Source of the DNA: an uncultured Acidimicrobiales bacterium
GTDB taxonomy: Bacteria; Actinomycetota; Acidimicrobiia; Acidimicrobiales; SHLQ01
Direction of reading: 5' to 3'
Length of the DNA: 64,000 nucleotides
Assembly: GCA_964517125.1 (NCBI GenBank)
Contig: CAZFBD010000002.1
Coordinates: forward strand, 48,402-112,401
The notes beneath the pieces were generated by a model, which searched no databases, was not told the DNA's origin, and worked only from the letters and a program-made list of their open reading frames with translations. Both the position numbers and the translations under genes were made by a program. Positions 26,724 through 37,899 of the stretch are shown here, piece after piece. Numbering within the stretch: position 1 is the stretch's first letter; every line of letters starts with the position of its first letter.

Positions 26724-27869
26724 TCAGCTTCCGAGGAGCTCCCGAAGGCCGAACTCGTTGATGAGGCCCTCCATGTCCGAGGGGAACACGCCCAACTCTT
26801 CGTATGCCTGCAGCTCAACTGCGGCTTCGTCGAGACGGTCGAGTCGGCGGAAAACGAAGGCGCGGAACACTCGGGCATCGGGGTAGTCGGGGTCGGAGGC
26901 CACGGAGGCGTCGAGCCAGCGCTCGGCATCGCCGAACAGTTCTTCGGCACCCGACTCGGCGGTGAGCGCGAGCGTCCATCCCCGCCACGCCAGCGCCGGC
27001 GCGTGGTCCTCGTCGGCCTCGAGAATGCCATCGAAGATGGCAAGTGCCGTCGCCGGGTCGGCCAGCTGCACGAAAGTCTCGCCGGCCACCTGCGCCTGCG
27101 CCAGACTGATGCCCTCGGCGGCGAAGTCGATGGGTTCACCCGACTCGATCAGCGGCAGGATCGTTGCCAGTGCAATTCGTTCGCGCAGCTGCCGTTGCGT
27201 CACCAGCTGCTGAGCCACGGGCGACGGGTTCGATGCGTCGAACAGCGCAAGCTCGTCGGCCGCATCGGTGAAGTCTTCGCGGTCGAGCGCCGCCACGGCC
27301 CGGAAGACCCGAACGTCGGAGAACTCCGGGTCGAACTCGATCGCCGTGTCGAAGTCGACTGCCGCGGCGTCCTTGTCGCCGAGCTGGTATCTCAGCCAGC
27401 CGCGGTAGGTCAATGCCTCGACGTTCGTTGGCTGGATCTCCAGCACTTCGGAGTACAGCTCGATCGCACGATCGGGGTCGCCAGAGGTGAACGCGGCTCC
27501 GGCGTCTGCCAACAAACTGACGGTGCTCAGACGAATCTCACCACTGATCTCATCACCTGCGCCGCGGGCTCCGGAGAAGGTGGTCATGGCGAACGCTGCC
27601 AGGCCGGCCACGGCAACCACGGCACCGACCCAGAGAATCGTGCGGCCGATTGGCCGACGCTCTCGGCTGCGGCGGCGCACCTGACCGTTCTCGAGCGCCC
27701 GGCTCAGTTGGGCGGCTCGGGCGGTGTGGTCGTCTCGGAGCGTGGCGTAGTCGTCGGTCTCCAGGTCGCCGGCAGCATGTTCGGCGTCGAGGTCGTCGAG
27801 GGAGACAAGGAGATGATCGAGTTCCTCGCTCAGGCGTTCCCGCTCGCTGCGGGTGAGCACCTCATCCAT
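26724..27869 (-). CDS. ccmI: TPR-repeat cytochrome c maturation accessory protein (CcmI/CycH-like)
   Basis: 381 aa with an N-terminal coiled region, one TM segment (ILWVGAVVAVAGLAAFA) and then TPR repeats. An 8-nt overlap joins it to ccmH, and it is the last gene of the ccm operon. Confidence 0.65.
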   Translation of the reverse strand: MDEVLTRSERERLSEELDHLLVSLDDLDAEHAAGDLETDDYATLRDDHTARAAQLSRALENGQVRRRSRERRPIGRTILWVGAVVAVAGLAAFAMTTFSGARGAGDEISGEIRLSTVSLLADAGAAFTSGDPDRAIELYSEVLEIQPTNVEALTYRGWLRYQLGDKDAAAVDFDTAIEFDPEFSDVRVFRAVAALDREDFTDAADELALFDASNPSPVAQQLVTQRQLRERIALATILPLIESGEPIDFAAEGISLAQAQVAGETFVQLADPATALAIFDGILEADEDHAPALAWRGWTLALTAESGAEELFGDAERWLDASVASDPDYPDARVFRAFVFRRLDRLDEAAVELQAYEELGVFPSDMEGLINEFGLRELLGS

Positions 27870-28329
27870 CGGAGCGTTCTTGGCGCAAGCGGGCGACGAG
27901 GTCCTCGTCGGCCTGGCTGGCCTCGTGGGTCTCGGCGTTGCGCCACTTCATGAACACCGCGGTAAGGCCAGCGAACCCGAACACCATGGCGAACACCGGG
28001 AGGACCCAAACGAGCCCAACGATGCCACTGGCCCGTGGTCGCAGGTCGATGGATTCGTCGTAGCTGGCGATGAGGAAGTCGGTGATCTCCTCATCGGTCT
28101 CGCCGGCATCGACCTGGCGACGGATCTCCAGGCGGATCTCCTGCGCCACGACAGCGTTGGATTCGGCGACCGACTGGCCGTCGCAGGTTGGGCAGGCGAA
28201 GTCTTCGGACAGCGCACGCACCCGGTCCTCGTTGGTACGCGGTGGCCCATCGACCTGCGTGGACAACACGAGCGCGGAAAGCGCTGCTGCCACCACGACG
28301 AGCCAGGCAATTCGACGACCGCTGGTCAT
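27862..28329 (-). CDS. ccmH: Cytochrome c-type biogenesis protein CcmH
   Basis: 155 aa with a signal/TM segment, then FACPTCDGQSVAESNAVVAQEIRLEIRRQV (the CcmH LRCxxC-type motif) and a C-terminal TM segment. Confidence 0.85.
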   Translation of the reverse strand: MTSGRRIAWLVVVAAALSALVLSTQVDGPPRTNEDRVRALSEDFACPTCDGQSVAESNAVVAQEIRLEIRRQVDAGETDEEITDFLIASYDESIDLRPRASGIVGLVWVLPVFAMVFGFAGLTAVFMKWRNAETHEASQADEDLVARLRQERSDG

Positions 28330-28900
28330 GAGCTCAACCCGGCAAGTCGGGCAATCTCGGCGTCGAGACCCAGGGCATCGACCCCGCCAATGAACTTCGA
28401 CACGATCACGCCGGCCGGGTTCACGATGAATGTCTCGGGCACCGCAGCCACGCCATAGCCGATCGCGTAGCGGCCGGTGTCCGACGCCAGGACCGGCCAG
28501 TCGCCGCCGTTCTCCTCGAAGAACTCGGCCACGTTCGCGCGGCTGTCGCTGAACGCAACGCTCACGACAACGGCATCACCAATCTGCTCATGGCGCTCGC
28601 TGAACTGGATGAGTTCCGGGTGTTCCTCGATGCAGGGAATGCACGTGGTCTGGAAGAAGTTCACGACCACCCATTTCCCACGTTCGTCGGCCAGCGAGAA
28701 GGTGCTGCCGTCCAGGGTCTCGCCCTCGATCTGCGGCGCAGCCTGGTTGAGCAACGAGCTGCGCGGCACACCGCTGTCGCCTTCAGAGGTGGCAAGCACG
28801 GCGATGAACAGCCCCAGCACCAGGGCAACCGGGATCGAGACCCAGAACGCCAACCGGTTCGGCCCGGAACTGACCTCGAGCGGCTGGCCTTCGTCGTTGG

Positions 28901-28904
<4 letters not shown>
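28326..28904 (-). CDS. ccmG: Thiol:disulfide oxidoreductase CcmG/DsbE (TlpA family)
   Basis: The start at 28904 gives MTNDEGQPLEV...; the track ORF is N-terminally over-extended. The thioredoxin motif is FFQTTCIPCIEEHP. ATGA overlaps occur with ccmF (28901-28904) and ccmH (28326-28329). Confidence 0.85.
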
Positions 28905-30852
<1,948 letters not shown>

Positions 30853-30853
<1 letters not shown>

Positions 30854-31437
30854 CAGGACTCGGGGGCGTCCAGGGCATCGGTGCCGCAGGACGCGGCCTG
30901 TTCGATGCGGTCTGTTCGGTAGTCGTTGTCGTGTTTCACGAGCATCTCATCGCTCTCGAAGAGCCAACCGTCTCCGGCACTGCCGTCCCAAGAGGTGTCG
31001 ATGGCTGCGGAAACATCGGAGGTCGGGTTCTGCCACCGCCCCTCGAGCACCACAGGCACACCCATTTGGAAGCTCTCCGCCACGTTGCCCCGGTGAACGA
31101 CGTCGACGGCGATACCGTCGCAGGCCACGCTGAACAGTACGACCGAGGCACCGTTGAGTTCCTGGTCATCCTCCACGAGCGCGATTGGGGAACCGAGCAG
31201 CCGGAATCGGCGTTCTCCCAGCTCGTCCCGGTCGGCGACAGCATCGTTGGCTTCGTTCAGTGACAGCGTCGCTCCGCTCAGTCCCTGGAAGAGCACGAAG
31301 CCGACCACGACAAAGACGGCCACCAGCACGAGGCTGGGCCCGAGCTTGCGGCCACGCGGGATGTCGTCGATCTTGCGCGGCGTGAGGTCGAGTGCGTCGT
31401 CTCCGGCGTCAGGGGATTCAGGATCGATGTGCACCAT
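30853..31437 (-). CDS. ccmE: Heme chaperone CcmE
   Basis: 194 aa with an N-terminal TM anchor and an OB-fold region (VHRGNVAESFQMGVPVVLEGRW). The heme-binding HxxxY motif is present as VKHDNDY. Confidence 0.85.
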
Positions 31438-31604
31438 CAGGACTCTCCGATGCGATCTGCTTCACGAGTGGACATCCACCGTTGCTTCTCCACGGGCACG
31501 CGCTTCGCGAGCCGGTTGCCGCGCTGAACCAGGGTGAAGGTGTAGAGACCAATGATGAGGAAGGCACTTCCCCATCCGGCGATGAGGTATCCGACATGGG
31601 TCAT
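31437..31604 (-). CDS. ccmD: Heme exporter protein CcmD
   Basis: 55 aa: MTHVGYLIAGWGSAFLIIGLYTFTLVQRGNRLAKRV..., with a single TM segment. It has an ATGA overlap with ccmC and a TGATG junction with ccmE. It is embedded in a spurious 234-aa track ORF. Confidence 0.7.
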   Translation of the reverse strand: MTHVGYLIAGWGSAFLIIGLYTFTLVQRGNRLAKRVPVEKQRWMSTREADRIGES

Positions 31605-32431
31605 GAGTGTTCTCCTGTTCCGGTATCGACGGCCGCACTGACGACCTCGGTCTGTTGGGCTTCGGCTCGCCGTTGCTCCAGGGCATCGGCCAGGCCGAAT
31701 CGTTCGTTCTGACGTTCGAGCCATCCGACGCGGAATCCCTTGATGAGGAGCCAGGCGTAGCCGGCGATGCCGAACAGAATTGCGTACATGAACGTGAACA
31801 GCGTGAGGTCTTCGATCGCTGCATCGGTGATCGTGGACTGTTGGTGAAGTGTCTGGCTGGCCCACCACTCGACCGACTGGTTCACGATGACAGCGTTGAT
31901 GATGAGCAACACACCCACGATTGCGGCCCGCTTCGCCCGTGATTCTGCGGTGCCTTCCAGGCGGCGGACGGCAAGGTAGCCGAGCGAGAGCATGAACAGG
32001 ACGAGCATGGTCATGAGGCGGACGTCGTCCCACCGCCAGTAGGTGTTCCAGATTGGGCGACCCCAGATGGAGCCGGTGATCAGCGTGAGGCCGGCCGTCA
32101 CGGCACCGATCTCGGCGGAAGCACCAGCGACGATGTCCCACCAGACGGAGCGGCGAACGAGGACCATGCCCGAGCCGAGGGCGGTGACGGCGAAGGCGAG
32201 GTAGGAGACGATGGCCACGGGCACGTGGACGTAGATGAGCCGAACGGCGTCGAACTGGCCAATCTCGTCACCGGACGCCGCGTCGATGCGGACATCGGGG
32301 TCGGTGGCGACGAAGGCGAGCCACAGCAGAACGGCAAGCGCCACCAGAAGACTCCAGCCGAGGATTCGGGTGGTTCGGGAGCCGGTGGCATGTTCCGGCA
32401 TGAGGTTCGGCGTTTGGACTGTGGACATCAT
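31601..32431 (-). CDS. ccmC: Heme exporter protein CcmC
   Basis: The WWD motif is WGRPIWNTYWRWDDVRLM. The start at 32431 forms an ATGA overlap with the ccmB stop; the track ORF extends to 32518. Confidence 0.9.
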   Translation of the reverse strand: MMSTVQTPNLMPEHATGSRTTRILGWSLLVALAVLLWLAFVATDPDVRIDAASGDEIGQFDAVRLIYVHVPVAIVSYLAFAVTALGSGMVLVRRSVWWDIVAGASAEIGAVTAGLTLITGSIWGRPIWNTYWRWDDVRLMTMLVLFMLSLGYLAVRRLEGTAESRAKRAAIVGVLLIINAVIVNQSVEWWASQTLHQQSTITDAAIEDLTLFTFMYAILFGIAGYAWLLIKGFRVGWLERQNERFGLADALEQRRAEAQQTEVVSAAVDTGTGEHS

Positions 32432-33096
32432 CCCTCTTCCATGAGTGCGCCGTGGCCGACCGACCCCAGCGCCAGATACAGCAGTGCGAAACCGACGAGC
32501 GAAAGCAGCCAGGACCAACCGTCGGTGGCGACAGATCCCATTGCGTCCCCGAACGCGCGTGATGCGCTGATGACAACCGGAGCAAGGACGGGCAACAACA
32601 GGATTGGCAAGATGGTCTCCCGGGCACGCTGACCAGACAGCAGCGCGCCATAGAGCGTACCTGCGGCGCCCACGCCGATGACCGCCGCAACCGTGGTCAA
32701 CAACAGCAGCGCCACATCGTCCACGGGAGCGGCGTAGAGAATCAGAACGCCGCCGAGCAACACGAGTGCAAGGAGCAGCAGCTGGGCGATGAGCGCCAGC
32801 GCTTTTCCAAGGAACACCGACGCCGGATGCAGCCCCGACATGAGCAGGCCTTCGTCGGCGCCGTCACCATCCTCGAGCGAGACCGACCGGTGTACTGCAA
32901 GCAGCGCAGAAAGCACCACGGCGACCCAATAGAGGCCTGGGGTGAATGTGGCGAGCGTGGCGCTGTCGGCATCGAGGGCGAACCCGAACAGAACCAGCAC
33001 AAGCAGAGCGAAGGGCACGACCTGGTTCAGGGCAACCCGTGAGCGCATCTCCACCCGGAGGTCCTTTCCGGCGACGAGCATGATGTCAGCCAGCAT
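32428..33096 (-). CDS. ccmB: Heme exporter permease CcmB
   Basis: The start at 33096 gives MLADIMLVAGKDLRVEMRSR.... The protein is ~222 aa and polytopic, and it overlaps the ccmA stop by 11 nt. Confidence 0.85.
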   Translation of the reverse strand: MLADIMLVAGKDLRVEMRSRVALNQVVPFALLVLVLFGFALDADSATLATFTPGLYWVAVVLSALLAVHRSVSLEDGDGADEGLLMSGLHPASVFLGKALALIAQLLLLALVLLGGVLILYAAPVDDVALLLLTTVAAVIGVGAAGTLYGALLSGQRARETILPILLLPVLAPVVISASRAFGDAMGSVATDGWSWLLSLVGFALLYLALGSVGHGALMEEG

Positions 33097-33736
33097 GGGC
33101 TTCCTCCATGACGAGGCCGCCGGCGATCGTGACCTGTCGGTCGACCACGGGGCGGACGCGGTCCAGTTCATGGGAGGCCACCAGCACGGTGGCTCCCGCG
33201 GCGGTCGCATCGCGGATCAGATCGTCGACGACGTCGCGTCCAGCCTGGTCGAGGCCGGCGTGTGGCTCGTCGAGGAGCCACAGTTCGGGACGTCGCGCCG
33301 CTGCGACGGCGAGTGCCGTACGTCGCCGTTGGCCGGCCGAGAGCTGTCGGGTCGGTACGTCCATGAGCCGGGCATCGATGCGCATGCGTTCCACGGCGCT
33401 GTCGAGCTCACCATCGGTGGCCCCAACCGCCCGCGCCCAGAAGCGCAGGTTCTCCTGAACCGTGAGGTCGTCATAGAGCATGGTCTTGTGGCCGACGAGT
33501 CCGACGCGGCGGCGGATCGCTCGGCGTTCCGTGTGCAGATCGTGCCCGAGAATCTGCCCTTCGCCGGTGTCGGCCCGGTGCAGGCCGGCGCACAGACGAA
33601 GCAGCGTGGACTTTCCCGCACCGTTTGGCCCCTGCAGCAGGACGGACTCGCCCGGGTTCACGTCGAGGGTCGCGCCAGCAAGTGCTGGGAACGGTCCAAG
33701 CAGGACCACGACGTTGCGAATGGACACCACCGACAC
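33086..33736 (-). CDS. ccmA: Heme ABC exporter ATP-binding protein CcmA
   Basis: 216 aa with Walker A GPNGAGKSTLL, ABC signature LSAGQRRR and Walker B LWLLDEP. Confidence 0.9.
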   Translation of the reverse strand: MSVVSIRNVVVLLGPFPALAGATLDVNPGESVLLQGPNGAGKSTLLRLCAGLHRADTGEGQILGHDLHTERRAIRRRVGLVGHKTMLYDDLTVQENLRFWARAVGATDGELDSAVERMRIDARLMDVPTRQLSAGQRRRTALAVAAARRPELWLLDEPHAGLDQAGRDVVDDLIRDATAAGATVLVASHELDRVRPVVDRQVTIAGGLVMEEAHAG

Positions 33737-33881
33737 GTGGATCGACGCTAGCGGGACCCGACCCCGTCGCCCCGTTCAAACACCGGATCGACACGGGATT
33801 CCGGGGCTTTCTTAGCCGGTTCTCACGTGCCCTTACCTGATTCTTTCTGGCGACCTCTCCCTGTGGCGCGCACGGGACCGA

Positions 33882-33887
33882 TACGTT
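33882..33887 (+). promoter_or_regulatory. Candidate -10 hexamer TACGTT for a leaderless sortase transcript
   Basis: A TAnnnT hexamer lies 7 nt upstream of the ATG at 33895, and no Shine-Dalgarno sequence is present. Confidence 0.3.
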
Positions 33888-33894
33888 CACCATC

Positions 33895-35115
33895 ATGGCT
33901 TCCCGGATCCTTGGCTCAGTCGGCCGGTTCTTCATCACGTCGGGCATCGTCGTTCTGCTCTTCGTCGGATACCAGCTCTGGGGCACCGGTCTGCAGGAAG
34001 CCGCGGCACAGGGCAGTCTGGACTCCGAGTTCGATGAGCTGTTGGGCGACCTCGAGGACCCTGGCACCGCAGCGGCACCGGCCACGACCACAACAACCAC
34101 GGTTGCCCCCTCGACGTCGGCGGTGTCGGCCACGAGCACCACGACCGTGCCGCCTTCCACGACAACGACCACCAGCAACACCATCCCGGTGTTCGAAGAC
34201 GACCTCGCCGAAGCGCTCTACCGCGACGGAGGCGAGGCGATTGCCCGGATCATCGCTCCATCCATCGACATCCGAAAGGTCGTCGTCGAGGGGGTGAAGG
34301 TCGAGGACCTTCGCAACGGCCCCGGTCACTATCGGGCCACCGTTCTCCCGGGCCAGGCCGGCAACTCCGGGATCGCCGGCCACCGGACCACCTACGGGGC
34401 TCCGTTCAACCGAATCGACGAACTCGTCCCCGGCGACGAGATCAATGTGCGCACGGTGCAGGGTTTCTTCACCTATCGGGTCATTCCCGCCGGAGAGGCC
34501 TTCGCCGCCGACCGACTTCCACCCAATGTCGACTTCCGTGTTCCCGAGGGCGACGAGGATCTGGGGCACATCATTGTTGGCCCGGAAGCAACGTGGGTGC
34601 TTGGCGACTTCGGCGACAACCGCCTCACGCTCACGGCATGCCATCCGAAGTACTCGGCGAGGCAGCGAATCATCGTCGCCGCTGTCCTCGTGGGCGAACC
34701 CGTTGACGCTCCCCCGCCACCAGCCGAGTACCTGCATGCCGACGACACGCTCGCCACCGAGAACACGGTTGCCGTCGAAGAAGCCACGGGGATCGATGCC
34801 GACGGGAACATCGTCGACACGAGCCTCAGCGGCGAGGACATCCCTGCTGGCTCCGAACAGGAACCGACCTCGGCGGAGGATGGCCGAGCTGCCTTCGTCG
34901 ACGAGGTGTCGCTCGACGAGGGACTGAATGGCGATGCCGATGCACTCGTTCCAGCGTTGTTGTGGGGAGCTGCTGCCATTGCCGTCTACCTCGCGTTCAA
35001 GGAGCTGGCTCGACGCTGGAAGCTGTGGCCGTCCATTGCCCTCGGGATTCTGCCGGTGGTCGTACTCATGGGCCTGAGCTTCGAAAAGATCGACCGGTAT
35101 CTGCCCGCCGGTTGA
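33895..35115 (+). CDS. Class E sortase with a long C-terminal extension
   Basis: 406 aa. There is an N-terminal TM anchor and a Thr/Pro-rich linker. The catalytic core has GPGHYRATVLPGQAGNSGIAGHRTTYGAPF and LTLTACHPKYSARQRIIV (TxxCHP). An acidic region and two further C-terminal TM segments follow. Confidence 0.85.
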   Translation: MASRILGSVGRFFITSGIVVLLFVGYQLWGTGLQEAAAQGSLDSEFDELLGDLEDPGTAAAPATTTTTTVAPSTSAVSATSTTTVPPSTTTTTSNTIPVFEDDLAEALYRDGGEAIARIIAPSIDIRKVVVEGVKVEDLRNGPGHYRATVLPGQAGNSGIAGHRTTYGAPFNRIDELVPGDEINVRTVQGFFTYRVIPAGEAFAADRLPPNVDFRVPEGDEDLGHIIVGPEATWVLGDFGDNRLTLTACHPKYSARQRIIVAAVLVGEPVDAPPPPAEYLHADDTLATENTVAVEEATGIDADGNIVDTSLSGEDIPAGSEQEPTSAEDGRAAFVDEVSLDEGLNGDADALVPALLWGAAAIAVYLAFKELARRWKLWPSIALGILPVVVLMGLSFEKIDRYLPAG

Positions 35116-35169
35116 GAAGTCGTGGCACCGACTTCACCTTCGGCCCTGCACTCGCTACCGTCAGACCTC

Positions 35170-35751
35170 ATGAGGGCGAGTTCCGTGTTCTGGCTGCGAC
35201 GAATCCTGGTCGTCTTCACCGTGTTGGGTGCGCTCACGGCGTGCAGCTCGGATTCGGGCGACTCCGAGAGTTCCAGCAACGACGGTGCCGACCCCACCGA
35301 CGGCACCACCGAGGATGAGACCGATGAGTCAGCGATTCCCGAGTGGTCCGGCGACCCCTTGAACCCGTTCGACCTTCGGTCCGGGCAGTGCTTCAACGAG
35401 GTGAGCTGGATCGACGAGGTCCAGGAGCGGCGGATCAACATCACCGCCGCAATCGACTGTGCGCAGCCCCACGACAAAGAGGTCTACTTCGAGGCCGAGT
35501 TCCCGGCGCCGAACGGCGCTCCGTTCCCCGGCGACGTGAAGATGGGCGAGTGGAGCACCGAGGTCTGTTACGACGCCTTCTCCGACTTCGTTGGCGAGGA
35601 GTACGAACTCTCCAAGTACGGGATCGACTATCTGCAACCCACGAAGGACACCTTTGAACATCCGGTCGGTCGACATCGTCGGGTCACCTGCTTCCTGTAC
35701 GACACGGGCGGAGAACAGCTCACTTCGACCGCTCGTGGGTCGGCGGTCTGA
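35170..35751 (+). CDS. Septum_form-domain lipoprotein
   Basis: MRASSVFWLRRILVVFTVLGALTAC|SSD is a canonical lipoprotein signal with an LTAC lipobox. The C-terminal region (CFNEV...CAQPHDKEVY...VCYDAF...VTCFLYD) shows the Cys pattern of the septum-formation family. The track ORF starts earlier, at the GTG at 35122. Confidence 0.7.
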   Translation: MRASSVFWLRRILVVFTVLGALTACSSDSGDSESSSNDGADPTDGTTEDETDESAIPEWSGDPLNPFDLRSGQCFNEVSWIDEVQERRINITAAIDCAQPHDKEVYFEAEFPAPNGAPFPGDVKMGEWSTEVCYDAFSDFVGEEYELSKYGIDYLQPTKDTFEHPVGRHRRVTCFLYDTGGEQLTSTARGSAV

Positions 35752-35803
35752 CGCCCGCGTGAGGCAGGGATTTTCGCGACTTCCGTCACCGTGAAACCCA
35801 GTG

Positions 35804-35822
35804 TTCGCGCGCTTCGCGCGAA
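35804..35822 (+). terminator. Perfect 8-bp GC-rich hairpin TTCGCGCG-CTT-CGCGCGAA downstream of the lipoprotein gene
   Basis: Read directly from the sequence. No U-tract follows, so terminator function is uncertain. Confidence 0.3.
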
Positions 35823-35846
35823 TGCTCCCCACACTGCGCGCGAACC

Positions 35847-36893
35847 TTGAGTAAGTTGTTCGACGTGCTGCTCGCTTTCCTTTCTCTCCTGACCGGTTCG
35901 CTTCTCGGCCGCATCCGCGGCGGCCAACTGAGCGGAATCGTCGACGCTCGCATCAAGGCCAAGGGACTCCTCGTGGCCGGAATCGGCGCGACGCTCGTTC
36001 TGAACGTGCTCACGCCGAGCATTCCCATGTTCTGGCTCGTGGTCGCCATGCTCTCCTTCCTCGGCTTCGCGGCCGCCAACCTGACCCTCACGGGCATGAT
36101 CGTGTTGACCATCGGCATGGTCCTCAACCTGCTGCCGGTGCTTGCAAACGGTGCGGTTCCCGTCTCCGAATTGGCGCTGCAATCGGTCAATGTGGTCGAC
36201 GCCTCCGGAGCCGCAATCATCGATGGTCCGCGGGAATCGACCGCCACCGCGACCCGACTTGCCTTCCTCGGCGACGTCATTCCGGTCCCAATCGTGAACC
36301 GCGTCGTCTCCCTCGGCGATCTCATCATCCTCGTTGCGCTCGCAGACCTGGTGATGAACCTGTTCCTCCGCCGTCGGGACCGCGACCCCGACGACCTTGG
36401 CGTCACCTATGCAGCACCAACCACCGACGAGGTCATCGACCTGACCGACGATGACGATGTCGACCACGAGGGACCCCGCCACGCCGCGCCCGGTGGGCGG
36501 GTTCGTTCGCACAGCCCCCGGCATCGCCGGCCGGCGCATGCGAAACCCTCGGCCGACGACGAGATCGACCTGCGTCCCCCTCCCCTGCCGACTGAGAACC
36601 CGGCATCGGCCGGCGTCGAGACCGAAGGTCGGCTCCAGGCTGATGAACCAGCCCCCCAGACCGAGTTCCCGGCAACGGACGAATCCGACGAGGTCATCGA
36701 CCTCACGGACCGTCGGCCCATCATCGACCTCACCACGTCGCCGTCCGATGAGCAGCTCGCCGAGTTCCTGCGCCGCCGTGAAGCAGCCGATGTTCGTGCC
36801 ACCACGCTGGCCCCACCCTCGCCGGGCCACCGCCGCAATCGCATCCGGTCGCGCCGACGCCATCACCGAGAACTTGCCCAAACCGACAGCTGA
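35847..36893 (+). CDS. DUF5317-like membrane protein with a long acidic/proline-rich C-terminal tail
   Basis: 348 aa with a TTG start; alternative starts lie a few codons downstream. The N-terminal ~170 aa hold about 5 TM segments and end in GDVIPVPIVNRVVSLGDLIILVALADLVMNLF. The tail carries the repeated motifs (E/I)VIDLTD, EIDLR and IIDLTT. Confidence 0.65.
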   Translation: MSKLFDVLLAFLSLLTGSLLGRIRGGQLSGIVDARIKAKGLLVAGIGATLVLNVLTPSIPMFWLVVAMLSFLGFAAANLTLTGMIVLTIGMVLNLLPVLANGAVPVSELALQSVNVVDASGAAIIDGPRESTATATRLAFLGDVIPVPIVNRVVSLGDLIILVALADLVMNLFLRRRDRDPDDLGVTYAAPTTDEVIDLTDDDDVDHEGPRHAAPGGRVRSHSPRHRRPAHAKPSADDEIDLRPPPLPTENPASAGVETEGRLQADEPAPQTEFPATDESDEVIDLTDRRPIIDLTTSPSDEQLAEFLRRREAADVRATTLAPPSPGHRRNRIRSRRRHHRELAQTDS

Positions 36894-36910
36894 TCGGGCA
36901 GGCTGGGTGC

Positions 36911-37198
36911 GTGTCTGACGCGAACGAACCCGAAGCCGACCCGATTCTTGAGCAGCGTGCCCGAATCCGGGTGCACGCGAACAAGGCGAGCCGCGTCGGA
37001 TACCTCTGCTACGGCGTCGCCACGGTTCTGTTCTTCGTCGGCCTGTTCACGAGCTTCTCCGGAACCCTGGTCACGGCGATCGTCGGTCTTCTGATCGTCG
37101 GCAGCATCGTCCTCGCCGTCGCAATTCAGGTGTCGTACGCCATTCGTGGTGCCGAGCGATGGGAAGAAGACGGACACGCTCAGCGACGCCGTCGTTGA
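36911..37198 (+). CDS. Small two-TM membrane protein
   Basis: 95 aa with a GTG start and two hydrophobic helices (VGYLCYGVATVLFFVGLF and LVTAIVGLLIVGSIVLAVAI). Confidence 0.5.
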   Translation: MSDANEPEADPILEQRARIRVHANKASRVGYLCYGVATVLFFVGLFTSFSGTLVTAIVGLLIVGSIVLAVAIQVSYAIRGAERWEEDGHAQRRRR

Positions 37199-37244
37199 GG
37201 CAGCCGCCTCTCTCGGCGTTCGTTCAGCGCGATACGGTTCTCTC

Positions 37245-37850
37245 GTGGCAACAAATCGACAAACCACTCGACTCGGCGCGGAAGAACGCCGTCAGCAGCT
37301 GCTGTCGGCTGGGCTGACGACCTTCGGGCGCAAAGGCTTTGTGGCAACCTCGATGAACGATGTCGCCCTCGAAGCAGGCGTCACGAAGCCGGTTCTGTAC
37401 CAGCACTTCGATTCAAAGCACTTCCTGTACCTCGAGTTGCTCAACACGGTCGGCCAGACCCTGGTTGGGCACATGACCACCGCTGCAGCCACCGCAGGCT
37501 CGCCTCGTGAGCAGGTGGAGCGAACCTTCGCTGCGTACTTTCATTTCTTTGCCGACGAACCCGGACACTTCACCGTGCTCTACGGCGAAGGCGTGCGGTC
37601 CGACCCGTCGTTCACCTCGGAGCTCATCGCTGTCGAAGACGCTGCGGCTGCGCTGACCGCTGACTACATCGAGATCGAGGGCCTCACCCGAGAGGATCGC
37701 CTGCTGTTGGCCCGAGCCATCGGCGGCATGCTCGAATCGTCGGTCCGTCGTTGGATCCAGGAGGGCGAACGTCGGGACCCCGACGAGGCTGCAGCGCTCA
37801 TTGCCGAACTTGCCTGGCGTGGACTCCGAGGAGTGAAGCCAAACCGTTGA
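37245..37850 (+). CDS. TetR-family transcriptional regulator
   Basis: The HTH region is RRQQLLSAGLTTFGRKGFVATSMNDVALEAGVTKPVLYQHFDSKHFLY. I prefer the in-frame GTG at 37245. The track start at 37146 would overlap the previous gene by 53 nt. Confidence 0.8.
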   Translation: MATNRQTTRLGAEERRQQLLSAGLTTFGRKGFVATSMNDVALEAGVTKPVLYQHFDSKHFLYLELLNTVGQTLVGHMTTAAATAGSPREQVERTFAAYFHFFADEPGHFTVLYGEGVRSDPSFTSELIAVEDAAAALTADYIEIEGLTREDRLLLARAIGGMLESSVRRWIQEGERRDPDEAAALIAELAWRGLRGVKPNR

Positions 37851-37899
37851 GCCGTCTGGTCACTCGCAGACGGCATCCGTTCGGTACCTTCGGGGTCTG

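Noticed and set aside
31605-32141. Upstream part of the 234-aa minus-strand ORF
   Set aside because: It overlaps ccmC in another frame. Only the last 55 codons (ccmD) make biological sense and fit the ATGA coupling pattern.
35628-36881. 417-aa minus-strand ORF
   Set aside because: It is antisense to the DUF5317-like membrane protein, and its composition is dominated by Arg, Gly, Asp and Glu.
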